A stretch of DNA of 64,000 bases from Candidatus Thorarchaeota archaeon. Lineage in GTDB: Archaea; Asgardarchaeota; Thorarchaeia; Thorarchaeales; Thorarchaeaceae. The position numbers and the translations under genes were made by a program. The notes under the pieces are model-generated. The model had not been told where the DNA came from. It saw only the letters and a list, made by a program, of their open reading frames with translations, and ran no database searches. The stretch lies in contig JBHLRP010000001.1 of assembly GCA_048882485.1 (NCBI GenBank), positions 32,001 through 96,000 of the forward strand. Direction: 5' to 3'. This document shows, one piece after another, positions 10,435 to 20,290 of this stretch (within the stretch, counting starts at the first letter, position 1; each line of letters starts with the position of its first letter).

Positions 10435-11307
10435 TCACCTCCTGCCATCAATAATATAATCGGCAAACCACATTAACAATTCTGGCTTCGTAAATTCCCC
10501 TTTCACAATCGCTGCTTTTGCGTTGGCGATATGTATCTCCAATTCATTGTGGTTGTCCAAAGAGATTTGATTGCTCAACTGCACGGCAAGATTCAATCGC
10601 TTCACATATTGAATAAGCGGTTTTGCTTGTGCATCAGTTGCACCAGCTAGCTTTGCTCCTATTAATGCAGATTCGTACAATAAGGATGTTGGCTTCGAAT
10701 AATCGCCTGGAGAATCTTCAGATTCACTCTGTGCTCTGGAATTCAGGCTGAGTATTTTCAAGGCTTCGCCTTCACATGTCCGGATTGCACCTATACCAAG
10801 TATCTGCAGCAATTCTGGCTCTCCTAGTTCACCGATGATTCGAATTGCTAATGCAAGTAAAAGGTCTCCCGCCAAGAGTGTGATTTTATCTCCGTAGACT
10901 CTTCGATTCTGGTTAATACACTTTTGCGTGTTGCCAATCATGTTATTATGGATGAGATTTGCGGCATTCATGAATTCAATCGCAGCTGCAATAGGTAGTG
11001 AATATCCTATATCGCCTCCAATAGCTTGGTGACATAATAAGGTCAACACACCCCTAATTGGTGCGCCTTTTGCATTCATTACTTGAAGCGCTGCGTTGTA
11101 TAAGAATTGATTACGATCACTATTTGTTTGAAGTTGCTTTTGTATCTCTTGGATTGTCAAAGAAAAGAGAGAATCCAACTCAATGGCCTGTAGAAAATCT
11201 TCCCCCTGATCACTATCTCCTCCAGAACTGCGAATCCAAGGGCCATTCCCATCAGAATGCTTTCCTCCTTGTATGGAGGAGTAGTCATCCGCCATTAAAT
11301 CCACCAA
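10435..11307 (-). CDS. Catalytically degenerate (aspartate-less) polyprenyl synthase paralog
   Basis: Aligns with the neighbour (LAGDLLLALAIRIIG, CEG), but FARM reads LIHNNMIG and SARM reads VQLSNQISLD. Confidence 0.8.
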   Translation of the reverse strand: MVDLMADDYSSIQGGKHSDGNGPWIRSSGGDSDQGEDFLQAIELDSLFSLTIQEIQKQLQTNSDRNQFLYNAALQVMNAKGAPIRGVLTLLCHQAIGGDIGYSLPIAAAIEFMNAANLIHNNMIGNTQKCINQNRRVYGDKITLLAGDLLLALAIRIIGELGEPELLQILGIGAIRTCEGEALKILSLNSRAQSESEDSPGDYSKPTSLLYESALIGAKLAGATDAQAKPLIQYVKRLNLAVQLSNQISLDNHNELEIHIANAKAAIVKGEFTKPELLMWFADYIIDGRR

Positions 11308-11458
11308 GTTTCAAACAATTGATTCTGATTCCGGATAATTAGACCCTTAAAGCCCTTCCTTTATGAAGATTACAAATTGAAACGAATCTTCTTCCTTTCT
11401 CATTGACAGACATAGGACAAGGTTTTAGAATAGGAGTTGCTCGTCAAGTGGTTGAGCT

Positions 11459-12544
11459 GTGATGGGTGTAGATGCTGACACACCGAGTTCTCCCAAAGTG
11501 GAGATTCCTGAGGGGAAGCTAAGAATCTGGTTGGCCGAATTGCGAGCTCCTTTCTTAACTGGCTCCATAATCCCAGTTGTTGTAGGGGCATCAATTGCAT
11601 GGGGATTATACGGCGTTTTCTATTGGGATTTATTCCTTCTCACACTCGTTGTTGGTGCCTTCATCCATCTTGGAGCCAATGTTTCCAATGACTACTTTGA
11701 CCACAAATCCAGTGCTGATGACATCAATGTAGAGTTCATCCGCCCATTTACAGGAGGCGCTAGAATGATACAGCTTGGCTTGCTCACCCCCAGTGAAGTT
11801 CTCGTGGGTTCCTTTGTGTTCTTTGCGATAGCTGGTGCAATTGGTGTATACTTGGCTTTAACTCGAGGCCTTATTCTGCTAGTAATCGGTGTTATTGGAG
11901 CTGGTTCTGCATTCTTCTATACTGCCCCTCCGTTGAGATTCGTTCATCGAGGGATCGGAGAGATTTTCATTGGGCTCGACTTTGGTGTCCTATTGGTACT
12001 CGCCGCGTATTTTGTTCAAGTTCAATTGTTCGATATTGAATCCCTCATTTCATCCCTACCTATTGCCATCCTCATCTCTGCTATTCTGTACATCAATGAA
12101 TTTCCTGATGCTAAAGCTGATGAGGCGGCCGGGAAGAGAACGATAGTTGTGCGATTGGGAAAATCTCGAGCTGCATTGGGATACGTCGCTCTAATATCAA
12201 GTGTCTATTTTGTGATTCTTATTGGGATTCTACTAGATTGGATAAGATGGACAACTATTCTCGTATTCACAACTCTTCCTCTGAGTATCTATGCTATGCG
12301 CCATACACTGAGAACATATGATCGGGGATTTGAGCTAGCTCCAGCAAATGCATCGACCATTATGATTCATCTTTTTACAGGCGTCTTTCTTATTCTTGCA
12401 TATGTTCTATACGGCCTATCTGCTCATGCGTTTGCGGTAGCTGCAATGAGCCTGATATGTTTGGCCATAGTGTTAGTCGCATACCGTAAAGTCAGCGCGC
12501 CCCCACCGCAGCCAGGCGTCAATGGGAGCTTGCCTGACAAGTGA
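11459..12544 (+). CDS. menA: 1,4-dihydroxy-2-naphthoate polyprenyltransferase (MenA/UBIAD1 family)
   Basis: LRAPFL, ANVSNDYFD, YTAPP...GIGE, INEFPDAKADEAAGKRT; about 9-10 TM. Confidence 0.9.
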   Translation: MMGVDADTPSSPKVEIPEGKLRIWLAELRAPFLTGSIIPVVVGASIAWGLYGVFYWDLFLLTLVVGAFIHLGANVSNDYFDHKSSADDINVEFIRPFTGGARMIQLGLLTPSEVLVGSFVFFAIAGAIGVYLALTRGLILLVIGVIGAGSAFFYTAPPLRFVHRGIGEIFIGLDFGVLLVLAAYFVQVQLFDIESLISSLPIAILISAILYINEFPDAKADEAAGKRTIVVRLGKSRAALGYVALISSVYFVILIGILLDWIRWTTILVFTTLPLSIYAMRHTLRTYDRGFELAPANASTIMIHLFTGVFLILAYVLYGLSAHAFAVAAMSLICLAIVLVAYRKVSAPPPQPGVNGSLPDK

Positions 12545-12548
12545 CAGT

Positions 12549-13766
12549 TTAAGACAACTCCATTAGGTCGATGAACAGGTCTTCTATATTCACGACGTTA
12601 ATATCGACGTCCCTCTTTTTAACAGCATCCAGGAAGTTCAACTTACAGAATACGCATGCTGATACAAGCGTGGTTGCACCTGCATCTAGCGCTTCTCTTC
12701 CGCGTCGAGCCGCCATATTCATTGCCTCTTCACCAAATCCCGCCTTGAATCCGCCTCCTGCACCGCAGCATTTTGAGTTGTTTCCAAAGCGATCCATCTC
12801 GACCAATTTCAATCCGGGAATGCTCCTGAGGATTTCCCTTGGTTCTTCGAAAATACCTACGTGCCTTCCCAAATGGCATGGGTCATGATAGGCAACCGTT
12901 TCATTAAATCCCTTTTTCCACTTCAGTTCTCCTGTCTTGACCTTGCCAGCTAGAAATTGGGTGAGGTGTTGAGTTGTGAATGGAAGAATAGCACCACGCA
13001 CACGATAGAAACTTGGCCAATCAAGCGTAACTGTGCGATAACATCCTGAGCAAGAGAAAATGACATGCTTTATGCCTCTGCTTTCCATCCTCTCGATATT
13101 ATGGCCTACGACTCGTTCAACATCAAGCTCGCCAATATATTGGGTTGTGCCGTCTTCTTCCTCTTCATAGACTTTCCTTCTTACTTGTCCTGTTCTTAGG
13201 AGTGGACTGGTGCAGCAATATTCATCAGCTCCAAGCACCTGCGGCTCAATGGAGAAGTAGTTTAGCATTTTCAATGTTGCTTGGGCAATTTCCGGACGTC
13301 TGTATGAGGCCGTGCACCCAACATAGTATGCCCACTCAGAGTCATCTGAAACACGACCATCCTCAGGAATCCAATCTGCTCGTGTTTCAGGACGTTCGCC
13401 AAAGACATTATTGTATTTGAGGACCATGTCACCCATGTGTGCCTGTCGACCGTAGGGTCCAATACCAAGGTCCACCAGCTTATGTCGAACATCCTCGATG
13501 ATTTGAACATAAGGCAACTTGATGGGGCATCTTTCCACGCACTGTTGACATGTTGTGCAAGCATGAACAACTCTCATGAACTCTTCATCTATCTCCAAAT
13601 TTCTCTCCACATATGAACGGAGAAGTCTAAGCCTACCCCCAGCAAACATGGCTTCAGTCCCAAACTCCTCATAGCTCGTGCAGGTCCATCTGCAAGTGGA
13701 GCAATTGCTGCAAAGCACAATCTTGTCCGGATCGAAATCGAATTCCTTGGTGAATAATCGTCTCAT
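12549..13766 (-). CDS. HdrD/GlpC-like Fe-S protein (2x[4Fe-4S] plus two CCG domains), copy 1
   Basis: CSNCSTCRWTC, CTTCQQCVERCP; GC..CCT..CSGC; HDPC..CCG..CVFC. Confidence 0.9.
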   Translation of the reverse strand: MRRLFTKEFDFDPDKIVLCSNCSTCRWTCTSYEEFGTEAMFAGGRLRLLRSYVERNLEIDEEFMRVVHACTTCQQCVERCPIKLPYVQIIEDVRHKLVDLGIGPYGRQAHMGDMVLKYNNVFGERPETRADWIPEDGRVSDDSEWAYYVGCTASYRRPEIAQATLKMLNYFSIEPQVLGADEYCCTSPLLRTGQVRRKVYEEEEDGTTQYIGELDVERVVGHNIERMESRGIKHVIFSCSGCYRTVTLDWPSFYRVRGAILPFTTQHLTQFLAGKVKTGELKWKKGFNETVAYHDPCHLGRHVGIFEEPREILRSIPGLKLVEMDRFGNNSKCCGAGGGFKAGFGEEAMNMAARRGREALDAGATTLVSACVFCKLNFLDAVKKRDVDINVVNIEDLFIDLMELS

Positions 13767-15256
13767 TGCTTCTTCTCCTCCATCTTTCTGGCTGGTACTT
13801 CCAGTATTCTTCTCGCTATTCGGAATATAGCTTGCAGTCGCCGAAGATATCCATTCAACGTAAACATGATATTCATTCTAAGGTATGTCATGTTGGAGTG
13901 TGTGAGCTTGTCCGGATTCATTATGTCATAAGGATCCCAATGACTCCTGATTTCTTGGAAACTCTGATAAAGCTCCGGTTCGAACTTCTTCAAGTATACA
14001 GTATTTTGGAGACCCAATGTATAGAGCACGCCTCCCTGTTTGTATGACAATTTCGTCAGTCGATGGAGCATCGACTTTCCTGACATGAAGTGCATCCAAT
14101 GCCTATGATCAGAAGGCGCAAAGACACACAGTCGTACCAGATTGTCATGTCCCAGAACTAGATAGAAGCAGGAGTTTATGCGGTATCTCCTGCCGATGTC
14201 ATACATCTTCTCAACTACAGGGACGGCATCATCAACGTCAATCCAATAGTTCTGCATAGAAAGGGTTGGGACCTCCAGCTTCAGCTTCATTTCCACGATA
14301 AATCTGTCTTCCCAGCTTCTGTCATAGAATTTCTTTGGTAGGATTTCACCATTGCCTTCATCCACGATGTTTTGAGCCTCGACAAGCGCATTTTCAACTT
14401 CGGACGTTGAGCCTTCATATGTCACAACAATATAGTATTTGCCCTTGATGTTGGCTGGCAAGCCTCCCTGTATCCGCCACTCATATTCCGGATCTGCAAG
14501 TCGCAAATAGAATGGTTTTGCTTCTGATTCTGCGAGAGTCTTTACAGCAGCAAGAGACTCACTCACACTGTTAAATCCTGCCATCAACCCGTCAGTAGCC
14601 TCGGGAATCAGCCTAATCTTGAGTTTCATCGATGTCACAAGACCGGCAATTCCAGCCGTCCCGAAGAAGATTTTCATATCCTCTCCGCTGATTGTTTCTA
14701 ATTCGCCATTTGGCCTAATGACTGTGAGCTCCACCAAATTATCCAGCATCGATCCATACTTGGGAGTTCCAATACCAGCCTTGCCTCCTATTGCCAGCCA
14801 GCCGGCTAGAGTTGAAGCTATTCCACTCTGAGGCCACACGCGTAATGCATACCCATGCTTGGCCAATTTGCGGTCCGTCACTTCCCAAACTGATCCAGCC
14901 TGCACGTGGACCCACTCCTCTTCAGGATTTACCTCAATGATTTCAGCTAGCCTTTTCGTATCGATTATGATTCCTCCTCTTGTAGGGCTTCCAGAACCAA
15001 AATAGCAAGTGCCGCCACCTCTTGGTACTACGGGAATTCTATGTTTGAAAGCGTATTTGAGAATGGCAGATACCTCCTCCTCAGAAGTAGGCCATGCTAC
15101 ATAATCAGCCAACCACTTTTTCTTCCATCGGTAATGGTAATAGGGAATTCCAGTCGTATCACCGCTAGCAGAGAGTCTCTCCGTCACGCTGGAGCTTATC
15201 CATGAGAGTTCCGAAATGTCCTTTGCTTGTTCCAAATCTTGTACTGCGTTCTCCAT
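13763..15256 (-). CDS. FAD-linked oxidoreductase (VAO/PCMH, GlcD/Dld-like), copy 1
   Basis: VVPRGGGT, STLAGWL, GTPKYG, GTAGIAGLVT, DPYDIMNPDK; start ATG 15256. Confidence 0.88.
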   Translation of the reverse strand: MENAVQDLEQAKDISELSWISSSVTERLSASGDTTGIPYYHYRWKKKWLADYVAWPTSEEEVSAILKYAFKHRIPVVPRGGGTCYFGSGSPTRGGIIIDTKRLAEIIEVNPEEEWVHVQAGSVWEVTDRKLAKHGYALRVWPQSGIASTLAGWLAIGGKAGIGTPKYGSMLDNLVELTVIRPNGELETISGEDMKIFFGTAGIAGLVTSMKLKIRLIPEATDGLMAGFNSVSESLAAVKTLAESEAKPFYLRLADPEYEWRIQGGLPANIKGKYYIVVTYEGSTSEVENALVEAQNIVDEGNGEILPKKFYDRSWEDRFIVEMKLKLEVPTLSMQNYWIDVDDAVPVVEKMYDIGRRYRINSCFYLVLGHDNLVRLCVFAPSDHRHWMHFMSGKSMLHRLTKLSYKQGGVLYTLGLQNTVYLKKFEPELYQSFQEIRSHWDPYDIMNPDKLTHSNMTYLRMNIMFTLNGYLRRLQAIFRIARRILEVPARKMEEKKQ

Positions 15257-15266
15257 CACATTCGCC

Positions 15267-15680
15267 TCACAAAAGGAACTGAATATACCCCATAAGAAAT
15301 ACAGTTGTCCAGCAACCAAGAGCCACTAACCCAGGTATTTTTGTGCGAACACCTGAGATTCCGGTAATGAATGCACCAATGCCAAATGCATATCCTACTG
15401 CACCAATGATGATGTGTAGCAAGTGGAACAGGTCAATTGTGGGCAGGGCAAGAATAACACCTGTTGTCGGGAGTATGGTAACAATATTGATTGTAGTCAA
15501 CAGCAGTGAGAGACCTGCCAAAACTCCATGAGTAAAAGTGTACTTCTCCTTTGATAGTTGATACAATCCTGTTGCCAAAGCCAGAAGTATTATTGCAGGC
15601 AATCCCAGATAAATCGTCATATGCCAATCTGGCATTTCTTGTAGTGGATTAAACCAGTACGCTTTCGATCCCAAGGTCAT
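15267..15680 (-). CDS. 4-TM His-containing membrane protein (putative cytochrome b)
   Basis: DWH, THG and HLLH His residues in or near TMs; homologous to the C-terminus of 31743-32939; RBS agaaggaga. Confidence 0.6.
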   Translation of the reverse strand: MTLGSKAYWFNPLQEMPDWHMTIYLGLPAIILLALATGLYQLSKEKYTFTHGVLAGLSLLLTTINIVTILPTTGVILALPTIDLFHLLHIIIGAVGYAFGIGAFITGISGVRTKIPGLVALGCWTTVFLMGYIQFLL

Positions 15681-15925
15681 ATCTCCTTCTCTTTCTCAGC
15701 TAGCTATGATTCCAAACTCCTCAAGAGTATATGAGCACGTCTTCGTGACGCCGCAGTCCTCCATATAAGGATTATTTCAAGTTGTTATATCCTTCTGAAT
15801 GATAGTTACGAATGTTATCTTGCTATGGCCCTCTCTAAGCGAATGTCGTTTCATAGTTAAGATTCATGAAGCATAGGAGTTAAAACAGGAAGATTCCTTG
15901 CATAGTCAGAGATTGTTCGCCTTGG

Positions 15926-16849
15926 GTGGGGTCCGACGAACGAATTGAGAAGAATCGGACCGCGGTTGAGAAGCTCATGCGAACCCAAGATCTGAAGAAA
16001 ACCATCCTCTATCTATTTGGCCGTCGCAGATTTTATGGATATGAAGCACACAAAGAGCTCGAGGAAAATGGTATCAGGATTGGAATTGGTAGACTCTACG
16101 GCATTCTTGGCGAGATGTTGATTGAAGGACTATTGTTAGACGAATGGAAGCGGAGTCAATCTGGGCCCAGGAAGAGAGTCTACTGGCTATCTGACCGGGG
16201 TCACGAGCTTAGGAAACATATCCTATCGGAAGCAATTGAAATCGTGCATAAGTTCTATATTGAATATCTCAACGATTTGCCCTCGGAAATAAGTCCATTC
16301 ATGGAATTGGCTGACTTAATCATGACTTTCCTTCAGGACAAGGGGATCCTGCTCTTTATCGCTCCTGAGTTTACAGCTGCGGTTATGGAGCTTTCTTCTC
16401 TGCTGGCTGAGCGAATTCAAGATGGTAGGCGTTTTTTGGTTCTTCCGGGCAGGACAGTTGGGGATATGGCTGCTAGCGATTGGCAAGTCATAGAGGGCGC
16501 CTACAATAAGATTCCGCTGAAGGCGAGTTCCGTCAATTTCATTCTAGTTGTTGGATATCGCCCTGAGTATTCAGAAAAACGGACTTTACAGGAATGGGTT
16601 CGACTGCTGAGGAAGGATGGGTCTATCGCAATAGTAGCCCCAAGTGTTCTTATCGAAGACAGGGGCTCTCCTATGACAATTGATGCATTCATTGAGAAGC
16701 ATGAGCATGAAACTATGCATCTAACTGTGGATTGGAACGGCTTCAAATCAATGCTAGAAGACGCATTTAAGAGAGTGAAACAGAGGTCGATAGCCAATCT
16801 AACTACCCTACTTGCATCAGGGATAAGAGATGGCATGAAGAGAGCATAA
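15926..16849 (+). CDS. PadR-family regulator fused to a degenerate SAM-methyltransferase-like domain
   Basis: YGYE...GRLYGIL...GPRKRVYWLSDRG; C-terminal IPLKASSVNFI...EWVRLLRKDG. Confidence 0.8.
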   Translation: MGSDERIEKNRTAVEKLMRTQDLKKTILYLFGRRRFYGYEAHKELEENGIRIGIGRLYGILGEMLIEGLLLDEWKRSQSGPRKRVYWLSDRGHELRKHILSEAIEIVHKFYIEYLNDLPSEISPFMELADLIMTFLQDKGILLFIAPEFTAAVMELSSLLAERIQDGRRFLVLPGRTVGDMAASDWQVIEGAYNKIPLKASSVNFILVVGYRPEYSEKRTLQEWVRLLRKDGSIAIVAPSVLIEDRGSPMTIDAFIEKHEHETMHLTVDWNGFKSMLEDAFKRVKQRSIANLTTLLASGIRDGMKRA

Positions 16850-17006
16850 AACTCCATGCTGCATGCTCTCACTATATACATTTTGAAACTATAGCAAAAT
16901 CATGATAGGTGCTTAATAAGATATAGCGGAGGGTTTGATGCGCAAGTCATTATCCTAGCCGCTTCTGAATTGCGTTCGGAATGTGCTGGGAGGAAGAGGA
17001 TGAGCT

Positions 17007-17921
17007 ATGATGAAAGCTAATGAGATTAGAAAGGCTGGGCTAGCTTTGACAATTGCTTTTGTTATTACAATTGTTCTAGCCCACCCAGTCGCTGCTGATG
17101 TGAATCTCACAGCTCCCAAGTATAGTGGAATCGTTGTGGACGGTTTGGCAGACGACTGGGCTGGAGTAGATGGCATAGACCTGACACTCATTCGACCAAT
17201 GGCAAGCAGCGAACGTCTAGAGGATGGACTCACCCTAAAAGTTGCCTATGATGATGCCAACATCTACGTTCTAGCCATGATTCATGACGATTATGATTTC
17301 AATGAAACTGATCCTCATGATTCAGGGTCTTTGGCTGTATTGTTTCAGATTGATGATGCCGCAAGAGTAGACATGGGTGGTGGTCTGGGAAACGTTGACA
17401 TCTGGCATTGGGAGCTCGAAACTCCACCTGGAGTGCCTGCTGGAGGACCTGATTTTGAGAGTGGGAATGATCCTGAAGGCAACTTTGACGACGAATGGGC
17501 TTTTGATGTTGAAGACCGACATGATGATACAATGGCAAATGAGCTCTATGGTGTCTGGTCACATACTGGCAACTTGTCACTCCGCGGTTCGGATGGGACC
17601 TGGATCTTTGAGATGAGAAGGAGCTTGACAACTAGTGACACTATGGACGAAGATGCCCAGTTTTCCGCCGGAGGCACCTTTGGGATGGCAATTGCCTATT
17701 GGGACGCAGACCAAACAGCTACAGGTTGGGAGCACGATGGGCACTATGCAAGTTGTAGGGACCCAGCTACACTTGACTTCTCGTGGATTCAAGTGAGCCT
17801 CGCGGCAGCAGGTGGCGGTGATGGAGCCCTCCTTCCCGCTTATTCAGGGCTGGGGCTTGGTGGTATTGCTCTAGTCATTGCTTTGGTCTCTCTCCTTCGC
17901 CCAAGAAAAGCTGCAGAGTAG
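17007..17921 (+). CDS. Secreted, C-terminally anchored DOMON/EB_dh-type heme-b binding protein
   Basis: Signal peptide, VDGLADDW, KVAYDDANIY, DMGGG, VDIWHW, WIFEMRRSL, GHY; C-terminal TM. Confidence 0.75.
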   Translation: MMKANEIRKAGLALTIAFVITIVLAHPVAADVNLTAPKYSGIVVDGLADDWAGVDGIDLTLIRPMASSERLEDGLTLKVAYDDANIYVLAMIHDDYDFNETDPHDSGSLAVLFQIDDAARVDMGGGLGNVDIWHWELETPPGVPAGGPDFESGNDPEGNFDDEWAFDVEDRHDDTMANELYGVWSHTGNLSLRGSDGTWIFEMRRSLTTSDTMDEDAQFSAGGTFGMAIAYWDADQTATGWEHDGHYASCRDPATLDFSWIQVSLAAAGGGDGALLPAYSGLGLGGIALVIALVSLLRPRKAAE

Positions 17922-17992
17922 AGGATTAAATCCAATCGCACCTCGTATCGTACTCTCTGTATTGATGCGAGGTGTACATTCTATTTGGAGGC

Positions 17993-19894
17993 ATGTTAAT
18001 GATCCAGAAAGTTTCAAGAATAAACAATTCCAAGAGCACTTTACTTCTCTATGGTTTGATCGCCTTTACCGTTATATTGGTCGCATATCCATTAATTGCA
18101 CGTGCGCAAATGGCCGCTCCAACCGATAGAGAAGTAACAATTGTTGCTCATCAATTCGAATTCAATCCCTCTATCATAAGGGTCAACGTTGGCGATAATG
18201 TTACTATTCACCTAAGAGTCGCAGATGTGCCTCATGGCCTTTACATAGATGGGTATGAGCTAAATGTCCATTTCATTCCCCTCGATGATGGACCTAATGA
18301 GGAAACACTGAATTTCATTGCAGACAAACCTGGCGTGTTCAGGTACCGCTGCTCAGTACCATGTGGCAACTTCCATCCATTCATGGTGGGAAAACTCGTG
18401 GTGGAACCAGCGTACGAATTTCCCATTGCATCAATTCTCGCCATACTCTTCTCCGCTGGGATGGTTGGATTTATGTGGCGAAGCAAGCCATCAACTCCGA
18501 AACCACCAAAAAGAATCAATATCCTCGGCAACTCGCTTGTGAGGCGACTTCTGCGCAGCAGATACTTCCAGTTTACAGCTATGTTCATCAGCTCAATTTT
18601 CTTCCTGCTAGTCATACTCACTGGTTTGTTTGGCACACCAGTGGGCAACGAGAATTTCTCGATTATTGTTGTCTGGATCATTTGGTGGGGTGCACTCATG
18701 CTCTTCCTCGTTCCCTTTGGAGGACGACTCTGGTGTACAATATGCCCGTTGCCATCATATGGAGAGTGGGCTCAGAGAGGAGCTTTGACTCAAAAAAGTG
18801 AGTCAAGACATGGGTTACTTCGCAAATGGCCAAAGAGACTCAATAACATCTGGCTTCAGAATTTCGGCTTTCTAAGTATGTCCATGTTCATTGGTGTTTT
18901 CATTACAATCCCGATGGCAACAGCATGGTTGATGATCTTGCTGATAGCTATGCCATTAGTTTTGTCTTTGGTGTTCAAGGATAGGGTGTTCTGCAGATAC
19001 CTATGCCCGGTTTCTGGATTCATCGGACTCTATTCCATGGCTGGTGCTCTCGAACTGCGGGTGAAGGACAGACAGGTTTGTAGGGAACATATCGAGAATG
19101 ACTGTATAAGAGGAAACGAGCGAGGATATCCCTGTCCATGGTTCGAATTCCCTCAGAACCTTGATAGGAATGCATACTGTGGCCTATGCACCGAGTGCAT
19201 CAAAACATGCCCCAAGGACAACGTTGCGGTGAACATAAGGTTTGGTGGAGAGGATTTGGAGATCGAACCATGGGGTGGCAGAAAGAAGCGCGGCCTCGAC
19301 GAGCCCTGGAAAGCGTTCATTATGCTGACGCTATCCTTCCTCTATGGACTTGTGTTCATGGGACCTTATGGCTGGCTTAAGAACATGGCTGGAATGAAAA
19401 CCGTTGGGGAATGGGTGATCTTCGCTGGCTTGGTATGGGGAACGACTCTCTTGGTAACGCCAGCTATATTCTATGCGTTTGCGGCCATATCGAAGAGAGT
19501 GTCTGGAGCCACAGAAATCTCCAGACGAGATGTGTTCAAGAGCTATTCCTATGCATTGGTTCCTCTTGGACTTCTGGCATGGATTGCGTTCAGTGTGGCC
19601 ATCGTGTTGATTAACGGGTCATACTTCATCTCAGTTCTCTCCGATCCCTTTGGATGGGGATGGGATCTTTTTGGAACAACAAGCTATCCATGGACACCAT
19701 ACTTCTCTCTCTTTGTCCCCTATGCACAGATAGTATTGCTGCTGTTGGGACTTGTTTTAGCAATAAGAACGACGTACAAGATATCTATGAGACTATATCC
19801 CAATAGGCAGAGTGCAAGAAGAGGCTCAATTCCAATCATAATCTTCTTCATTCTGTTCACAATGCTGCTCCTGTGGCTCTGGGTGGGGTGGTAG
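17993..19894 (+). CDS. CuA cupredoxin fused to a NapH/NosR/CcoG-type membrane polyferredoxin
   Basis: DVPHG...CSVPCGNFHPFM (CuA ligand set); WCTICP, FCRYLCP, CGLCTECIKTCP; multiple TMs; start after ggagg at 17993. Confidence 0.85.
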   Translation: MLMIQKVSRINNSKSTLLLYGLIAFTVILVAYPLIARAQMAAPTDREVTIVAHQFEFNPSIIRVNVGDNVTIHLRVADVPHGLYIDGYELNVHFIPLDDGPNEETLNFIADKPGVFRYRCSVPCGNFHPFMVGKLVVEPAYEFPIASILAILFSAGMVGFMWRSKPSTPKPPKRINILGNSLVRRLLRSRYFQFTAMFISSIFFLLVILTGLFGTPVGNENFSIIVVWIIWWGALMLFLVPFGGRLWCTICPLPSYGEWAQRGALTQKSESRHGLLRKWPKRLNNIWLQNFGFLSMSMFIGVFITIPMATAWLMILLIAMPLVLSLVFKDRVFCRYLCPVSGFIGLYSMAGALELRVKDRQVCREHIENDCIRGNERGYPCPWFEFPQNLDRNAYCGLCTECIKTCPKDNVAVNIRFGGEDLEIEPWGGRKKRGLDEPWKAFIMLTLSFLYGLVFMGPYGWLKNMAGMKTVGEWVIFAGLVWGTTLLVTPAIFYAFAAISKRVSGATEISRRDVFKSYSYALVPLGLLAWIAFSVAIVLINGSYFISVLSDPFGWGWDLFGTTSYPWTPYFSLFVPYAQIVLLLLGLVLAIRTTYKISMRLYPNRQSARRGSIPIIIFFILFTMLLLWLWVGW

Positions 19895-19898
19895 CATC

Positions 19899-20273
19899 AT
19901 GAAGAAAATAGAAATTCTAGCGCTACTCTTGGTATTATCTGTACCTGTGGGAATGCCAATGAGCGTATTCTTCTATCAGGAAAATATCTTTCGCCAACCT
20001 GGGGTGATACAAGTTGTTGCGCGGCAGTGGGAATTTGAACCTAGTACTATTACTGTGGAATTGGGCAGCACAGTGAGTTTGTTGCTAACAAGTGCTGATG
20101 TTGTTCATAACTTCGTAATCCTCAATTATAGTATTGATGTAACCCTTTACCCCGGGAAATTCACTGAGTTAGAGTTTCAAGCAGACCTGGAAGGACAATT
20201 CGAGATTGACTGCACAATCTTTTGTGGATCTGGACACTATGAGATGAGCGGGTTGCTCATAGTCACGGCCTAG
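19899..20273 (+). CDS. Small CuA cupredoxin (cytochrome c oxidase subunit II-like domain)
   Basis: N-terminal anchor, ARQWEF, SADVVH, CTIFCGSGHYEM. Confidence 0.88.
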   Translation: MKKIEILALLLVLSVPVGMPMSVFFYQENIFRQPGVIQVVARQWEFEPSTITVELGSTVSLLLTSADVVHNFVILNYSIDVTLYPGKFTELEFQADLEGQFEIDCTIFCGSGHYEMSGLLIVTA

Positions 20274-20290
20274 AATGGTAGGCTATACAC

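Noticed and set aside
19899-20273. Calling this coxB of an aerobic terminal oxidase
   Set aside because: No subunit I in the window; only the CuA domain can be supported
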